DNA of 64,000 nt. Source: Dasania phycosphaerae (GTDB lineage Bacteria; Pseudomonadota; Gammaproteobacteria; Pseudomonadales; Dasaniaceae). The position numbers and the translations under genes were made by a program. The notes under the pieces were generated by a model. The model had not been told where the DNA came from. It saw nothing but the letters and a program-made list of their open reading frames with translations, and searched no databases. The stretch covers positions 157,497 to 221,496 of the forward strand of contig NZ_JAPTGG010000008.1 of NCBI RefSeq assembly GCF_026891035.1, written 5' to 3'. This document shows, piece by piece, positions 21,880 through 31,564 of this stretch (position 1 is its first letter; each line of letters begins with the position of its first letter).

Positions 21880-22034
21880 GTTAGCTACTCGTGCTGGTTG
21901 CTGTAATGCGAATAAGTATAAAGAAACAGCATTAGCGAATGATTGTTATTGTTGTGCTAATTTCATTAATAAATAGACATAGTCACTAATAACTAGTATT
22001 TATATGAATGTATTCTCTAATTTATGGTGTTTCT

Positions 22035-22541
22035 ATGGTTAAGTTAGATGCTATTGATAAGCATATTTTAAGTTTGATGCAACGCGATGGCCGTATGAGT
22101 AATTTGGAGCTGGCGGATAAGGTAGGGCTTTCACCCACGCCTTGTTCGCGGCGGGTTAAACGCTTAGAAGAGTCGGGGATTATCGACAGCCATGTCACCC
22201 TTCTTAATCAAAGGGCGTTGGGCTTGAAGCTGACGGCGATATTGAGTATTAGCATGGATAAGCACACCCCCGAGCGGTTTGAGCATTTTGAGGCAGCTAT
22301 TGCCGATTTTCCTGAGGTGGTGGAGTGTAATATTGTGACCGGCCAGGCTGCTGACTATATGTTGAAAGTCGTGGTGCCCGATATGGAGTATTACGAGGAG
22401 TTTTTATTGGGGCGTTTAACCCGTATAGAAGGGGTGACCGGTGTGCATAGTAGTTTTGTGTTGCGTTCAGTAATACGCAAGACCGCGCTGCCGCTGGAAC
22501 CCTATCAGCCACGGCCTGCTAAGAAAAGTCGCCGTGGATAG
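22035..22541 (+). CDS. Lrp/AsnC family transcriptional regulator
   Basis: ~168 aa from MVKLDAIDKHIL; N-terminal HTH and C-terminal RAM domain pattern; divergent from leuA. Confidence 0.85.
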   Translation: MVKLDAIDKHILSLMQRDGRMSNLELADKVGLSPTPCSRRVKRLEESGIIDSHVTLLNQRALGLKLTAILSISMDKHTPERFEHFEAAIADFPEVVECNIVTGQAADYMLKVVVPDMEYYEEFLLGRLTRIEGVTGVHSSFVLRSVIRKTALPLEPYQPRPAKKSRRG

Positions 22542-22797
22542 TGCGGGCTTATAAATGTATTGCTAGCTAAGAGTGTGTTTTTAATACAGGCTATAACTTA
22601 TAGTTAGATGGCATAAGTCTGCACCTTGGTACAGTGCTCGCTGGGGCGCAAAGCTACGCGTTTAGGCGGTGTTAGCCTAAATATAGCTCATACTCGCCTA
22701 AACGTTATTAGAGCAAATACGTATAGGCAATGAGGCATAAATATTCCTACACTTAGGCTGTGAGCTGGTATATGCAGTAAATGATGGGGATAGAGTT

Positions 22798-22986
22798 ATG
22801 GAGCAGCGCCAAGGTGAACAAAATAATACGCATTGCCGGGCCAAACGTTTTTATCAAATAAATGATGAATGGTTTTTTGCTACCCGCGAGCAGCTGCAGG
22901 TAGGTCCCTTTGCCAGTTTGGAAGAGGCCGAAATGCAGCTGAACTTCTTTTTACGGCATGCGGCAGAAGGTATTCAAGCGGGTTAG
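22798..22986 (+). CDS. Small hypothetical protein (62 aa)
   Basis: ORF only, in a 600-bp non-coding gap; no recognised domain. Confidence 0.35.
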   Translation: MEQRQGEQNNTHCRAKRFYQINDEWFFATREQLQVGPFASLEEAEMQLNFFLRHAAEGIQAG

Positions 22987-23157
22987 TGCGCTACTTAACT
23001 GGCCATAATTGCTGCCTGCGGCAGTGCAGGACTCTAGAGTATATGACTGCGGGGATGTTAAACTGCGGGGCGTAACTATTTTGACTGAACTAGTCTGCCT
23101 GATCTGGTCTGCCTGATTTTGGTATGCCTAATCTGACTTGCCGCAAAGAGACCCGTA

Positions 23158-23499
23158 ATGAGTGAATCCACTGCTAACCCCATTCCCGAAACAGCCCCCG
23201 AAGAAGACCTGAGAACCAAGCTTAATCGCGAAACCTCCAAAATCAGCTGGCACGAGCTGCAAAAATTTTATGCCAAAGGGGCGGTAATAGGCGTTGCTGC
23301 CGGTATGGATTTAATCGAGGTGGGCGTGCAAATCTCAGCGGATAATAAAACCTTGGTACAGCAATGGCTAGCCGACGGCAGTATTTCACAGGTTAATGAC
23401 CAGCAGGCTCAGGCCTGGTATGAGCAAGAGCAAATGCTTTGGGCAGTAGTGATTATGCCTTGGGTATTGGTGCAGCCAGTGGTTGAGGCCAGCGAGTAG
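23158..23499 (+). CDS. DUF2288-like hypothetical protein
   Basis: 113 aa ORF; recollection-based family call; three 14-bp direct repeats upstream. Confidence 0.5.
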   Translation: MSESTANPIPETAPEEDLRTKLNRETSKISWHELQKFYAKGAVIGVAAGMDLIEVGVQISADNKTLVQQWLADGSISQVNDQQAQAWYEQEQMLWAVVIMPWVLVQPVVEASE

Positions 23500-23768
23500 T
23501 GACTGCCCGAGCCGATTGCCACTTGGCTATACAGCAGCAGCTAAGCGCTATTTTTAGCGCCCTCAAACAGGGCCGTGATGTGCCACCTGCACAGCGCTAC
23601 CGCTGCGAAGGCTATATGCAGGCGGCGCTGCAATTGGCGGCGATTACCGAGGCTGAGCTGTTGCTCTTACAGCAGCAGAGTTACCGCGAGGTTTACGGCG
23701 AGGATGCCGCTGAGCCTATGGAAGTAGGGCGCCTAAGCCTAAAAATGGTGAAGGCGCCGGTCAAGTAG
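23499..23768 (+). CDS. Hypothetical protein (89 aa)
   Basis: GTG start overlapping the stop of the preceding gene; no domain recognised. Confidence 0.4.
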   Translation: MTARADCHLAIQQQLSAIFSALKQGRDVPPAQRYRCEGYMQAALQLAAITEAELLLLQQQSYREVYGEDAAEPMEVGRLSLKMVKAPVK

Positions 23769-23771
23769 CGG

Positions 23772-24536
23772 CTATTTACCCAGGCAGGCCTGATAAGCTT
23801 TTATCGCTTTTTCCAAACCCATGTCAATGGCATCTACGGTTAAAAAATGGCCTATAGATACTTCCAGTAAATTGGGTACCGTGGCAAATTTTTTCAGGTT
23901 ATGCAGGTTTAAGTCGTGACCGGCATTCAAGCCTAGGCCTAAATCGGCGGCTAGTTCAGCGGCTTGATAAAACTGTTGAAAAACCGCTTCTACGTTTTGA
24001 TTTTTTTCTACTGCCGCGGCATAGGGGCCGGTGTATAGCTCTATGCGGTCACTGCCTGTCTGTTTGGCTAGTTTAATTTGTTCCGGGTCAGGGTCCATAA
24101 ACAGGCTGACTCGTATACCCAGTGATTGTAGCTCGGCAATAATAGGGGCAACCTGATCGCCGGTTTGGGTTAAGTCAAAACCGTGGTCAGAGGTTAGTTG
24201 TTGGTCGCTGTCGGGCACCAAGGTGCATTGCGCGGGTTTGATTTCGCGTACTAATTCCATAAAGCCGGGGTAGTCCGAAACCCCTTTGCGGTCGCTTTTC
24301 ATGGGCGCGGCTAAGGGGTTGCCCTCTATATTAAATTCTACGTTCAAAATTTTAGCTAAGGCAAAGCAGTCGTCGGCGCGTATATGGCGTTGGTCAGGCC
24401 TGGGGTGTACGGTAATGCCATCGGCACCGTAGGTTATGCAGCGCAGCGCATGTTCACAAACATTGGGGTGTTCGGTGTCGCGGGAGTTGCGTATCAGGGC
24501 AATTTTGTTCAGGTTAACGCTTAGGTCTGTGCTCAT
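23772..24536 (-). CDS. pdxJ: Pyridoxine 5'-phosphate synthase
   Basis: 254 aa; VNLNKIALIRNSR ... HPRPDQRHI pattern of the PdxJ TIM-barrel. Confidence 0.88.
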   Translation of the reverse strand: MSTDLSVNLNKIALIRNSRDTEHPNVCEHALRCITYGADGITVHPRPDQRHIRADDCFALAKILNVEFNIEGNPLAAPMKSDRKGVSDYPGFMELVREIKPAQCTLVPDSDQQLTSDHGFDLTQTGDQVAPIIAELQSLGIRVSLFMDPDPEQIKLAKQTGSDRIELYTGPYAAAVEKNQNVEAVFQQFYQAAELAADLGLGLNAGHDLNLHNLKKFATVPNLLEVSIGHFLTVDAIDMGLEKAIKAYQACLGK

Positions 24537-24540
24537 GGTG

Positions 24541-25128
24541 TTATAAAATCTCTACAGATTCGAGAATAATGGCTTTGATGGGTAGGTTTTCAAAGCCAGG
24601 AATTGCTTCAGTGGGTTGTTTACTAATACTTTGCGCTACATGCTGGCCTGCTATCACCTCACCAAATACCGCGTAGCCTAGCTTGCTGCCGCGTTTATCC
24701 AGGCTGCTGTTCATGCGCAGGTTAATATAAAACTGCGAGGTGGCACTGTCGGGCTCTTCAGTGCGGGCCATAGCGACCGTCCATCTGTCATTGTATAGGC
24801 CGTTGCCCGACTCGTTGACTATAGGGTCTTTTACCGCCTTGCGTTCAAACTCTTCAGTATCGGCGTCGTAGCTAAAGCCGCCGCCCTGTATTACAAAGCG
24901 TTTTTTAACACGGTGAAAAATGGTGTTGTTATAAAAGCCAGACTTGGCGTAGTCCAAAAAGTTAGCCACAGTGATAGGGGCTTTTTGGGGGTATAGCCGT
25001 ATAGTAATGTCGCCCATGCTGGTATGCAGTATTACCTGGGGGTCTTTGCCGCTAGCTGGTTCAGCTAGGCTGTATAAGCTGCTTGTTAGCAAGGTGGCGC
25101 ATAGTAACAGTCGTATCAATTTCATCAT
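24541..25128 (-). CDS. ppiA: Periplasmic cyclophilin-type peptidyl-prolyl cis-trans isomerase
   Basis: 195 aa with signal peptide; FHRVKKRFVIQGGG and later cyclophilin blocks. Confidence 0.85.
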   Translation of the reverse strand: MMKLIRLLLCATLLTSSLYSLAEPASGKDPQVILHTSMGDITIRLYPQKAPITVANFLDYAKSGFYNNTIFHRVKKRFVIQGGGFSYDADTEEFERKAVKDPIVNESGNGLYNDRWTVAMARTEEPDSATSQFYINLRMNSSLDKRGSKLGYAVFGEVIAGQHVAQSISKQPTEAIPGFENLPIKAIILESVEIL

Positions 25129-25165
25129 TAAAAATCGTTTAAAGTGCTGGCAGTGATAAGTGGGC

Positions 25166-25870
25166 TTAGGCCCACTCAGAAGATTTTGAAGGCCATAGGC
25201 GTGGTACTAATAAGGTAATAAATACACCGATTAATACCGCAAAGGCGCCATTTAAAAAAGCATCGTTGTCTAGCTTGTCGTTAAGATGTTGGTTGTCAGT
25301 AGTTAGCATGTCTACTTTGTTTTGCAATTCTTGCGTTTGTTGCAATAAGGTTTGGTTTTCGCTGTTGAGGCGAATGGCGTTGGCTGAAATAGCTTTTATC
25401 TCAGCGAGTTCTTGCTCGCTATTTTGTTGAGATTTACTGAGCTGGGCTACCGCAGCCTTAGCGGCTTTATATTTGTTGTTGATTTCATTGAGCTCTTTTT
25501 TAAGCTCGGAGCTTTGTGTTTTTAGCTTGGCGTTTTGTAAATTGAGGCTTTCTAATTGCGAGCGCGCCGAAGGCTCATCTGATAAATATTGCGTTTGTAT
25601 CCAGCCCTCTATGCCGTCTTGGGTTTTAACACGGCTATAATCTTCATCTTCAGAAACCTCTAGCAAGGTTAAAGGCGTGCCGCTGACCAAACCTTTGTGC
25701 ACTATGCGATGCTTATAGCTTTGCCCGCTGCGCAAGGGCACAAAAAGGGTGTCACGAATGTAGCGGGTTTCTTGGCTATAAACCTGGCTGCTGGCAAACA
25801 AACTACTAAAAGCCACTAAACTGGCCAAGGTGAAAGAGAGTAAATGGGTGCTTAGCAATTTCACAATCAT
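25166..25870 (-). CDS. TIGR04211-type SH3 domain protein (YgiM-like) with coiled coil and C-terminal TM anchor
   Basis: 234 aa; signal peptide, SH3b-like N domain, long coiled coil (LESLNLQNAKLKTQSSELKKEL...), C-terminal hydrophobic segment. Confidence 0.7.
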   Translation of the reverse strand: MIVKLLSTHLLSFTLASLVAFSSLFASSQVYSQETRYIRDTLFVPLRSGQSYKHRIVHKGLVSGTPLTLLEVSEDEDYSRVKTQDGIEGWIQTQYLSDEPSARSQLESLNLQNAKLKTQSSELKKELNEINNKYKAAKAAVAQLSKSQQNSEQELAEIKAISANAIRLNSENQTLLQQTQELQNKVDMLTTDNQHLNDKLDNDAFLNGAFAVLIGVFITLLVPRLWPSKSSEWA

Positions 25871-25925
25871 TTCCTAGGGTTGGTTTTTATTATTGTATGA
25901 TTCATTAAAGGGTAGTAAAGCGTTG

Positions 25926-26642
25926 TTACATTTCGTTAAAGATGTCATCACTCTTTAAATGAGTCAATTTTTGTATGTGATGCAGTAGGTAAAATAAAGC
26001 AGCCACTAGCACTAAAGTGCTGGGTAGCGCGATAACAGGAAAGCTTAGTGCGGTCATTTTACCCAGCTCCTCAGTGAATTCAACTGTACCAGGCTGGCTC
26101 ACCAGTATCACTTTGGCCAGTACATAATTGAGTACGGAGGATAAAAAGAAAGAACCCGCCACCATGTAGGAGGCATGAGCTAATTTTTGTTCGAAAATGT
26201 GGCTGTTGTTATAGCTTTCCAAAGCGACTTTAACTTTGTTTATTTGCAGCACCTGGTCATTAAAGAGAAAGGTTTTTACCAGAGGGTAGCGGGTGCGCAT
26301 AGAGTAAAGTGTGGCTAGGCCAAATAGTGCGGGTATGGCTGCCTCTTTGATAGCGATGTATTTAGGGTCTAGTTGTAGCAGGCTCATGCCGCCGGTCATA
26401 ATAACGCTGAATATACCCAGCGCTGAGAAAAAGTTCGCCTTGCGGGTGCTGATAAACTCGCGCACGCCATAGCCTATAGGAAAGGCCAGCGCCACAACTA
26501 TGGCGTATACCGGCCCCAGGTATTCTTCACTGCTGAGCTTGGTGAGTATTAGCGTGGGGATAATGATATTAAAGCCTATATTGGCGAGCATATTGCCGGG
26601 CTTTTGTTGCTTATTGGCATTGTTATTTGAAACTGAATCCAC
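25926..26642 (-). CDS. Hypothetical polytopic inner-membrane protein
   Basis: 238 aa with ~6 hydrophobic segments; no confident family. Confidence 0.5.
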   Translation of the reverse strand: MDSVSNNNANKQQKPGNMLANIGFNIIIPTLILTKLSSEEYLGPVYAIVVALAFPIGYGVREFISTRKANFFSALGIFSVIMTGGMSLLQLDPKYIAIKEAAIPALFGLATLYSMRTRYPLVKTFLFNDQVLQINKVKVALESYNNSHIFEQKLAHASYMVAGSFFLSSVLNYVLAKVILVSQPGTVEFTEELGKMTALSFPVIALPSTLVLVAALFYLLHHIQKLTHLKSDDIFNEM

Positions 26643-26841
26643 GGTGTTGCGTCTCCCTGCTTAAATACTTGTCGGTGATTAATACTAAGTACTTAGCCAT
26701 TTACTGTACAAAGTTTTGCCGTAAGGCTTGATTAATCGGTTACTATACGGGCTTTGCGGGTGTCGCTCCAGTGAGATTTTGAGGCCTGTGCTGCAAAAAT
26801 AACCCTTGCTACATCCCGCTTGCCATTTGGAGTAAATCTTT

Positions 26842-27669
26842 TTGTTAGTAGACCTACATTGCCACACTACCGCCTCTGATGGCGGCATGCCCGCCAGCGA
26901 GCTAGTGTTGCGCGCCGTGGATAGAGGGGTGGAGCTATTGGCCATTACCGATCACGATACCTTGGACGGTTATTTGGCGGTACAAGAGCAAAGCTGCTCG
27001 TCCAGCATAGACCTCATGCCCGGTATAGAGTTCTCCAGTGTATGGGGTAAAACCGGGGTTCATATTGTAGGCCTTAATATGGATGTCCAGCACCCACAAT
27101 TATTGGCGGGGGTGGCCCAGCAAAAACTCGCCCGCCAGCAGCGTGCTGAGATGATAGGTCAGCGCTTAGCCAAAAAGGGCTATCAGGGCTGTTACCAGGG
27201 CGCGCAGGCGTTAGCCGGTAGCAGCCAGTTAGGGCGACCTCATTTTGCCCAATACTTGGTCAATCAGGGTTATGTTAGCTCTATGCAACAGGCTTTTAAG
27301 CGTTATTTAGGCGCGGGCAAGGTGGGTGATGTGAAGGCGACCTGGGCCGATATGGCTACCGTGGTGCAGTGGATTACCGCCAGCGGCGGGGTGGCGGTAT
27401 TAGCCCACCCACTGCACTATAAAATGACGGCCACCAAATTGCGGGCACTGATTAGTGATTTTAAAGCCGCGGGCGGCCAGGCCATAGAGGTGGTTAGCGG
27501 CGTGTTGCCCAACGATAAAGTGCAGCACTTAGCCCAGCTAGCTCAGCAATTTGAGCTTTATGCCTCCTGCGGCAGTGATTTTCACCACCCCGATACACAA
27601 TGGGGCGATATAGGTAAAATGTCGCCCTTGCCCAGCCAGTGCCAGCCAGTATGGCAGCTGTGGCAATAG
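26842..27669 (+). CDS. yciV: PHP-domain phosphoesterase (TrpH/YciV, RNase AM-type)
   Basis: 275 aa; VDLHCHTTASDG and ITDHDT PHP motifs; TTG start; followed by yciO as in E. coli. Confidence 0.85.
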   Translation: MLVDLHCHTTASDGGMPASELVLRAVDRGVELLAITDHDTLDGYLAVQEQSCSSSIDLMPGIEFSSVWGKTGVHIVGLNMDVQHPQLLAGVAQQKLARQQRAEMIGQRLAKKGYQGCYQGAQALAGSSQLGRPHFAQYLVNQGYVSSMQQAFKRYLGAGKVGDVKATWADMATVVQWITASGGVAVLAHPLHYKMTATKLRALISDFKAAGGQAIEVVSGVLPNDKVQHLAQLAQQFELYASCGSDFHHPDTQWGDIGKMSPLPSQCQPVWQLWQ

Positions 27670-27688
27670 ATTTTAATAAGGAATAGCC

Positions 27689-28315
27689 ATGAGTCAGTTT
27701 TTTCAAATCCATCCTGAAAACCCCCAAAAGCGATTAATTAGCCAGGCAGCGGATATTATTCGCAGTGGTGGGGTGGTGGTTTACCCCACCGATTCGGGCT
27801 ATGCCCTAGGTTGCCAGTTAGAGCAAAAAAACGCCTTAGAGCGCATACGCCGTATCCGGCGCCTAGACGAAAAGCATAACTTCACGCTTATGTGCCGCGA
27901 TCTATCTGAGCTTAGTATTTATGCAAGGGTGGATAACGTAGCCTTTAGGGCGGTGAAAAATCACACCCCTGGCCCCTATACTTTTATCTTAAAGGCCACT
28001 TCTGAAGTGCCTCGCCGTTTAATGCAAAGCAAGCGTAAAACCATAGGTTTGCGGGTGCCGGCCAATCCCATAGCGCTAGAGCTGCTAAATGAGCTCAACC
28101 AGCCCATGATGAGCGTCACCATGATTTTACCCGGCGAGACGCTACCGCTTACCGACCCCTATGATATACGCCAAACCTTGGAACACGAGCTGGACTTGGT
28201 GATAGACGGCGGCTACTGCGGCATGGAGCCTACCAGCGTGATAGATATGTCCGACGAGGAATGGACGATACTCAGGCGTGGTCTGGGTGATGTGGAGCAA
28301 TTCGAGGCGGTTTAG
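27689..28315 (+). CDS. yciO: YrdC/Sua5-family protein YciO
   Basis: 208 aa; near-collinear with E. coli YciO (MSQFF.IHP.NPQ.RLI.QA ... VVYPTDSGYALGC ... NFTLMCRDLSELS). Confidence 0.9.
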   Translation: MSQFFQIHPENPQKRLISQAADIIRSGGVVVYPTDSGYALGCQLEQKNALERIRRIRRLDEKHNFTLMCRDLSELSIYARVDNVAFRAVKNHTPGPYTFILKATSEVPRRLMQSKRKTIGLRVPANPIALELLNELNQPMMSVTMILPGETLPLTDPYDIRQTLEHELDLVIDGGYCGMEPTSVIDMSDEEWTILRRGLGDVEQFEAV

Positions 28316-28455
28316 GTTTGAGGCTGCTACTACAGCCGCTAAAATTAGCGCTGTGATGCCCGGCTAGATCTCGGTATAATCGCCAACTATTTGAAGGGGC
28401 AGTATAGCCCTGCCTTAGCCCATTGAAGTAAGCAGCAGCGAGACAACAATAAACC

Positions 28456-29424
28456 GTGGAAGACGAGCTAGTTTTAGAACAGCAAGCGCCCCCCAGCACT
28501 AACGAGGCCGCCAGCGATGTGGCAGCCAGCGGCCAGCACCAGCCCGGCGCTGAGCCTGCGGCGGCTGAGGACGCTGAAGCGATAGCGCAGCTACCCGCAG
28601 AGCATAAGTTGAGCTTGCAGCAGTTGCGTAGCATGGGCAGCCAACAAGGCGAAATGCCCTTTGCGGTAGTAGCAGGGCAGGCACTGACCGAAATCCCCCG
28701 CGACCTGTACATCCCCCCCGATGCCCTAGAAGTGTTTTTAGAGGCTTTTGAGGGCCCGCTAGATTTACTGCTATACCTGATTAAGCGCCAAAATATCGAT
28801 ATTTTAGAAATCAACGTCGCTAATATCACTAAGCAATATATGCAGTACGTAGAGCTGATGGACTCCATGCAGTTTGAGTTGGCTGCAGAGTACTTGCTGA
28901 TGGCGGCCATGCTGGCAGAAATCAAGTCTCGCATGTTATTGCCGCGCTCGGAAGAGGCCCAGGACGAAGAAGAGGATCCGCGTGCCGAATTAATCCGTCG
29001 CCTACAGGAATACGAGCGCTTTAAAAAAGCCGCTGAAGACATAGACGAAATGCCCCGCATGGGCCGCGAAGTTTATCAGGCCTCGGCCCAGCCCCCAGAC
29101 TTTAAACAGGTGCGCGCCGAGCCAGAAGTAGAAATGAAAGAGCTGCTATTGGCTTTGGGAGAAGTATTGCGCCGCGCTGATATGTTTGAAAGCCATCACG
29201 TCGCCAAAGAAAAACTCTCCACCCGCGAGCGCATGACGCAGGTGCTGTCGCAGGTTTCGAGTGTGCAATTTATGCCTTTCTCTTCACTGTTTACCATAGA
29301 GGAAGGTCGCCTGGGGGTAGTGGTTACCTTCTTAGCCATCTTAGAATTAATAAAAGAGTCATTGCTTGAGTTAGTACAGACTGAAGACTTTGGCCCCATA
29401 CATGTAAAAGCAAGAGCCTCATGA
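28456..29424 (+). CDS. scpA: Segregation and condensation protein A
   Basis: 322 aa; FEGPLDLLLYLIKRQNIDILEINVANIT kleisin N-domain; GTG start with Ala/Glu-rich N-terminal extension. Confidence 0.85.
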   Translation: MEDELVLEQQAPPSTNEAASDVAASGQHQPGAEPAAAEDAEAIAQLPAEHKLSLQQLRSMGSQQGEMPFAVVAGQALTEIPRDLYIPPDALEVFLEAFEGPLDLLLYLIKRQNIDILEINVANITKQYMQYVELMDSMQFELAAEYLLMAAMLAEIKSRMLLPRSEEAQDEEEDPRAELIRRLQEYERFKKAAEDIDEMPRMGREVYQASAQPPDFKQVRAEPEVEMKELLLALGEVLRRADMFESHHVAKEKLSTRERMTQVLSQVSSVQFMPFSSLFTIEEGRLGVVVTFLAILELIKESLLELVQTEDFGPIHVKARAS

Positions 29425-30413
29425 GTAAAGAAACCGAGCAACTACAGCGCATCGTAGAAGGCGCATTAATGGCAGCGGGCAAGCCCCTTAACATACAAAA
29501 CCTCATTGACCTGTTTGATGCTGAACAGGAGGAGCCGCCCAGCAAAGAGCAAATTAAAACCGCGCTGGAAGATATACAAAGCGATTGCAAAGGCCGTGGT
29601 TTTGAACTCAAAGAAATTGCCAGTGGTTACCGCTTTCAAGTTATTCAAGAAGTGGCACCTTGGGTATCGCGCATGTGGGATGAAAAGCCGCAAAAATACT
29701 CCCGCGCCTTATTAGAAACCTTATCGCTAATTGCTTACCGGCAACCCATTACCCGTGGCGACATAGAAGACATACGCGGCGTAGCCGTAAGCTCACATAT
29801 AGTTAAAACCTTATTAGAGCGCGAGTGGGTGCGTGTAGTGGGCCATAAAGATGTGCCTGGCAGGCCTGCCTTATATGCGACTACCCGGTCCTTTTTAGAT
29901 TATTTCAATTTAAAAAATCTGGACGAGCTACCCACTTTGGCTGAAATTCGCGACTTGGATGATATGAACGGCGAGTTATCATTAGAAGGCGCCGATACAC
30001 CCAACATGGACGCCCAGCAAAGCGAAGAGGCGGGATCAGTAGACCCCATAGATCAACAAGAGCAAGAAGATGCCGCCGACGGCATAGCTACCGAGGCTGA
30101 GCCTGAATCAGTAACAGAAGCTGAAGCTGATCTAGAGGCAGGTGCGCAAAGCGAATCTGCTGATGAAGTAGCGCAAGAAGAGCTCAGCGAAGACGGCGAC
30201 CAGCAAAGTGAAAGGGCCGAACTCGTAGGTGAAGATGATACTGCCTCGGCAGGCGTTGAGGTTGCTGATATAGAAGCAGAAGCAGAGCCTGCAGCCGCGT
30301 CAGAGACCGAAGCCACCACCCATACTATGCTAGATGATGAAGACGACGAACAGGCCGCCTTAGAAGCCGCCGCTGAAGCTGCATTGTTAGCCGAAGAAGA
30401 ATTCAGCCGTTAG
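29421..30413 (+). CDS. scpB: Segregation and condensation protein B with long acidic C-terminal tail
   Basis: 330 aa; ScpB winged-helix core in first ~190 aa (GDIEDIRGVAVSSHIVKTLLEREWV), then ~130 aa of D/E/A low-complexity; overlaps scpA stop. Confidence 0.85.
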   Translation: MSKETEQLQRIVEGALMAAGKPLNIQNLIDLFDAEQEEPPSKEQIKTALEDIQSDCKGRGFELKEIASGYRFQVIQEVAPWVSRMWDEKPQKYSRALLETLSLIAYRQPITRGDIEDIRGVAVSSHIVKTLLEREWVRVVGHKDVPGRPALYATTRSFLDYFNLKNLDELPTLAEIRDLDDMNGELSLEGADTPNMDAQQSEEAGSVDPIDQQEQEDAADGIATEAEPESVTEAEADLEAGAQSESADEVAQEELSEDGDQQSERAELVGEDDTASAGVEVADIEAEAEPAAASETEATTHTMLDDEDDEQAALEAAAEAALLAEEEFSR

Positions 30414-30512
30414 GTATACAGTCGCTAGTTCATAGTCACTAGTCGCTAGCGACTAACAGTAGAAATAAAAGACTCAGTGCCAACAACTCCACCCCTTAAA
30501 AAAGTGTAAAAC

Positions 30513-31367
30513 ATGTCAACAGAGCCAACTGGTGAAAAACTACAAAAGCTATTAGCCCAAGCGGGCCTCGGTTCGCGCCGAGAAATGGAAAAAGTGATTG
30601 CCGAAGGGCGCGTGAAAGTTAACGATAAAACTGCCAAGCTAGGCGATCGCGCCAGCGGTAGAGATAAAATTAAAGTGGATGGCAAAATTATTAAAGCCAT
30701 TACCGCCGAAAAATATGCCGGTAGAGTGTTAATTTACAACAAGCCCGAGGGTGAAATCTGTTCACGCAACGACCCGGAAGGGCGTCGCACCGTATTCGAC
30801 CGCTTACCTAAAATCCCCAATGGCCGCTGGATATCAGTAGGTCGCTTGGATTACAACACCAGCGGCTTATTAATCTTTACCACCGATGGCGAGTTAGCCA
30901 ACGCACTGATGCACCCTTCAACGGTGATAGAGCGCGAATACATGGTGCGCGTATTGGGCAATGTGGATGAACCCATGTTGCAGCGCTTACATGAAGGTGT
31001 ATTGCTAGACGATGGCGTCGCTCGCTTTACCGACATCGTTGATCATGGTGGCGAAGGTGCCAACCGCTGGTTTTATGTGGTCATTATGGAGGGCCGCAAC
31101 CGCGAAGTCCGCCGCCTATGGGAGTCGCAAGAGGTGCAAGTAAACCGCCTCAAGCGCGTTCGCTACGGTGATGTATTTTTACCCTCCAAACTCAAGCAGG
31201 GCCAATGGACAGAAATGCCCGGTAAAGAGGTAGATGCGCTGTATAAAATGGCCGGCCTAGAAGTGTTAAAGCCCGCACCTATCAACCCCAAAGACAGGCA
31301 GTCCTTTGAGCGCCAAGAGCGCAAAAATAAGCCCGTGCACAGGGGGCGTAGGACGCCTAATAAATAG
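30513..31367 (+). CDS. rluB: 23S rRNA pseudouridine(2605) synthase RluB
   Basis: 284 aa; S4 domain then RsuA/RluB catalytic block (GRLDYNTSGLLIFTTDGELAN), basic C-tail. Confidence 0.88.
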   Translation: MSTEPTGEKLQKLLAQAGLGSRREMEKVIAEGRVKVNDKTAKLGDRASGRDKIKVDGKIIKAITAEKYAGRVLIYNKPEGEICSRNDPEGRRTVFDRLPKIPNGRWISVGRLDYNTSGLLIFTTDGELANALMHPSTVIEREYMVRVLGNVDEPMLQRLHEGVLLDDGVARFTDIVDHGGEGANRWFYVVIMEGRNREVRRLWESQEVQVNRLKRVRYGDVFLPSKLKQGQWTEMPGKEVDALYKMAGLEVLKPAPINPKDRQSFERQERKNKPVHRGRRTPNK

Positions 31368-31373
31368 TTTGAT

Positions 31374-31399
31374 GAAGCCGGCAGATGCCGGCTTTTTTG
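31374..31399 (+). terminator. Rho-independent terminator after rluB
   Basis: aagccggc-agat-gccggctt stem followed by TTTTTT. Confidence 0.75.
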
Positions 31400-31564
31400 T
31401 TAGGATTATTTGTGAATAGTTTTCTGCTAGTCATGCCCGCAATAGCGGGCATCCAATTATGAGCGCTATTAATTTACATCCATATTTAAACTTATCATTA
31501 ATGCCTGTAAATAGCGCTTGTTAGCCAGTTAAAGATCATAGTCTAGGTGTTAGGCATTGTGCGT

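Noticed and set aside
28272-29060. 262-aa minus-strand ORF opposite scpA and further antisense ORFs opposite scpB (30053-30319) and the kef gene (34126-35442)
   Set aside because: These are antisense to confidently identified genes. Their translation is Ser/Ala/Cys-rich low complexity, typical of non-coding frames.
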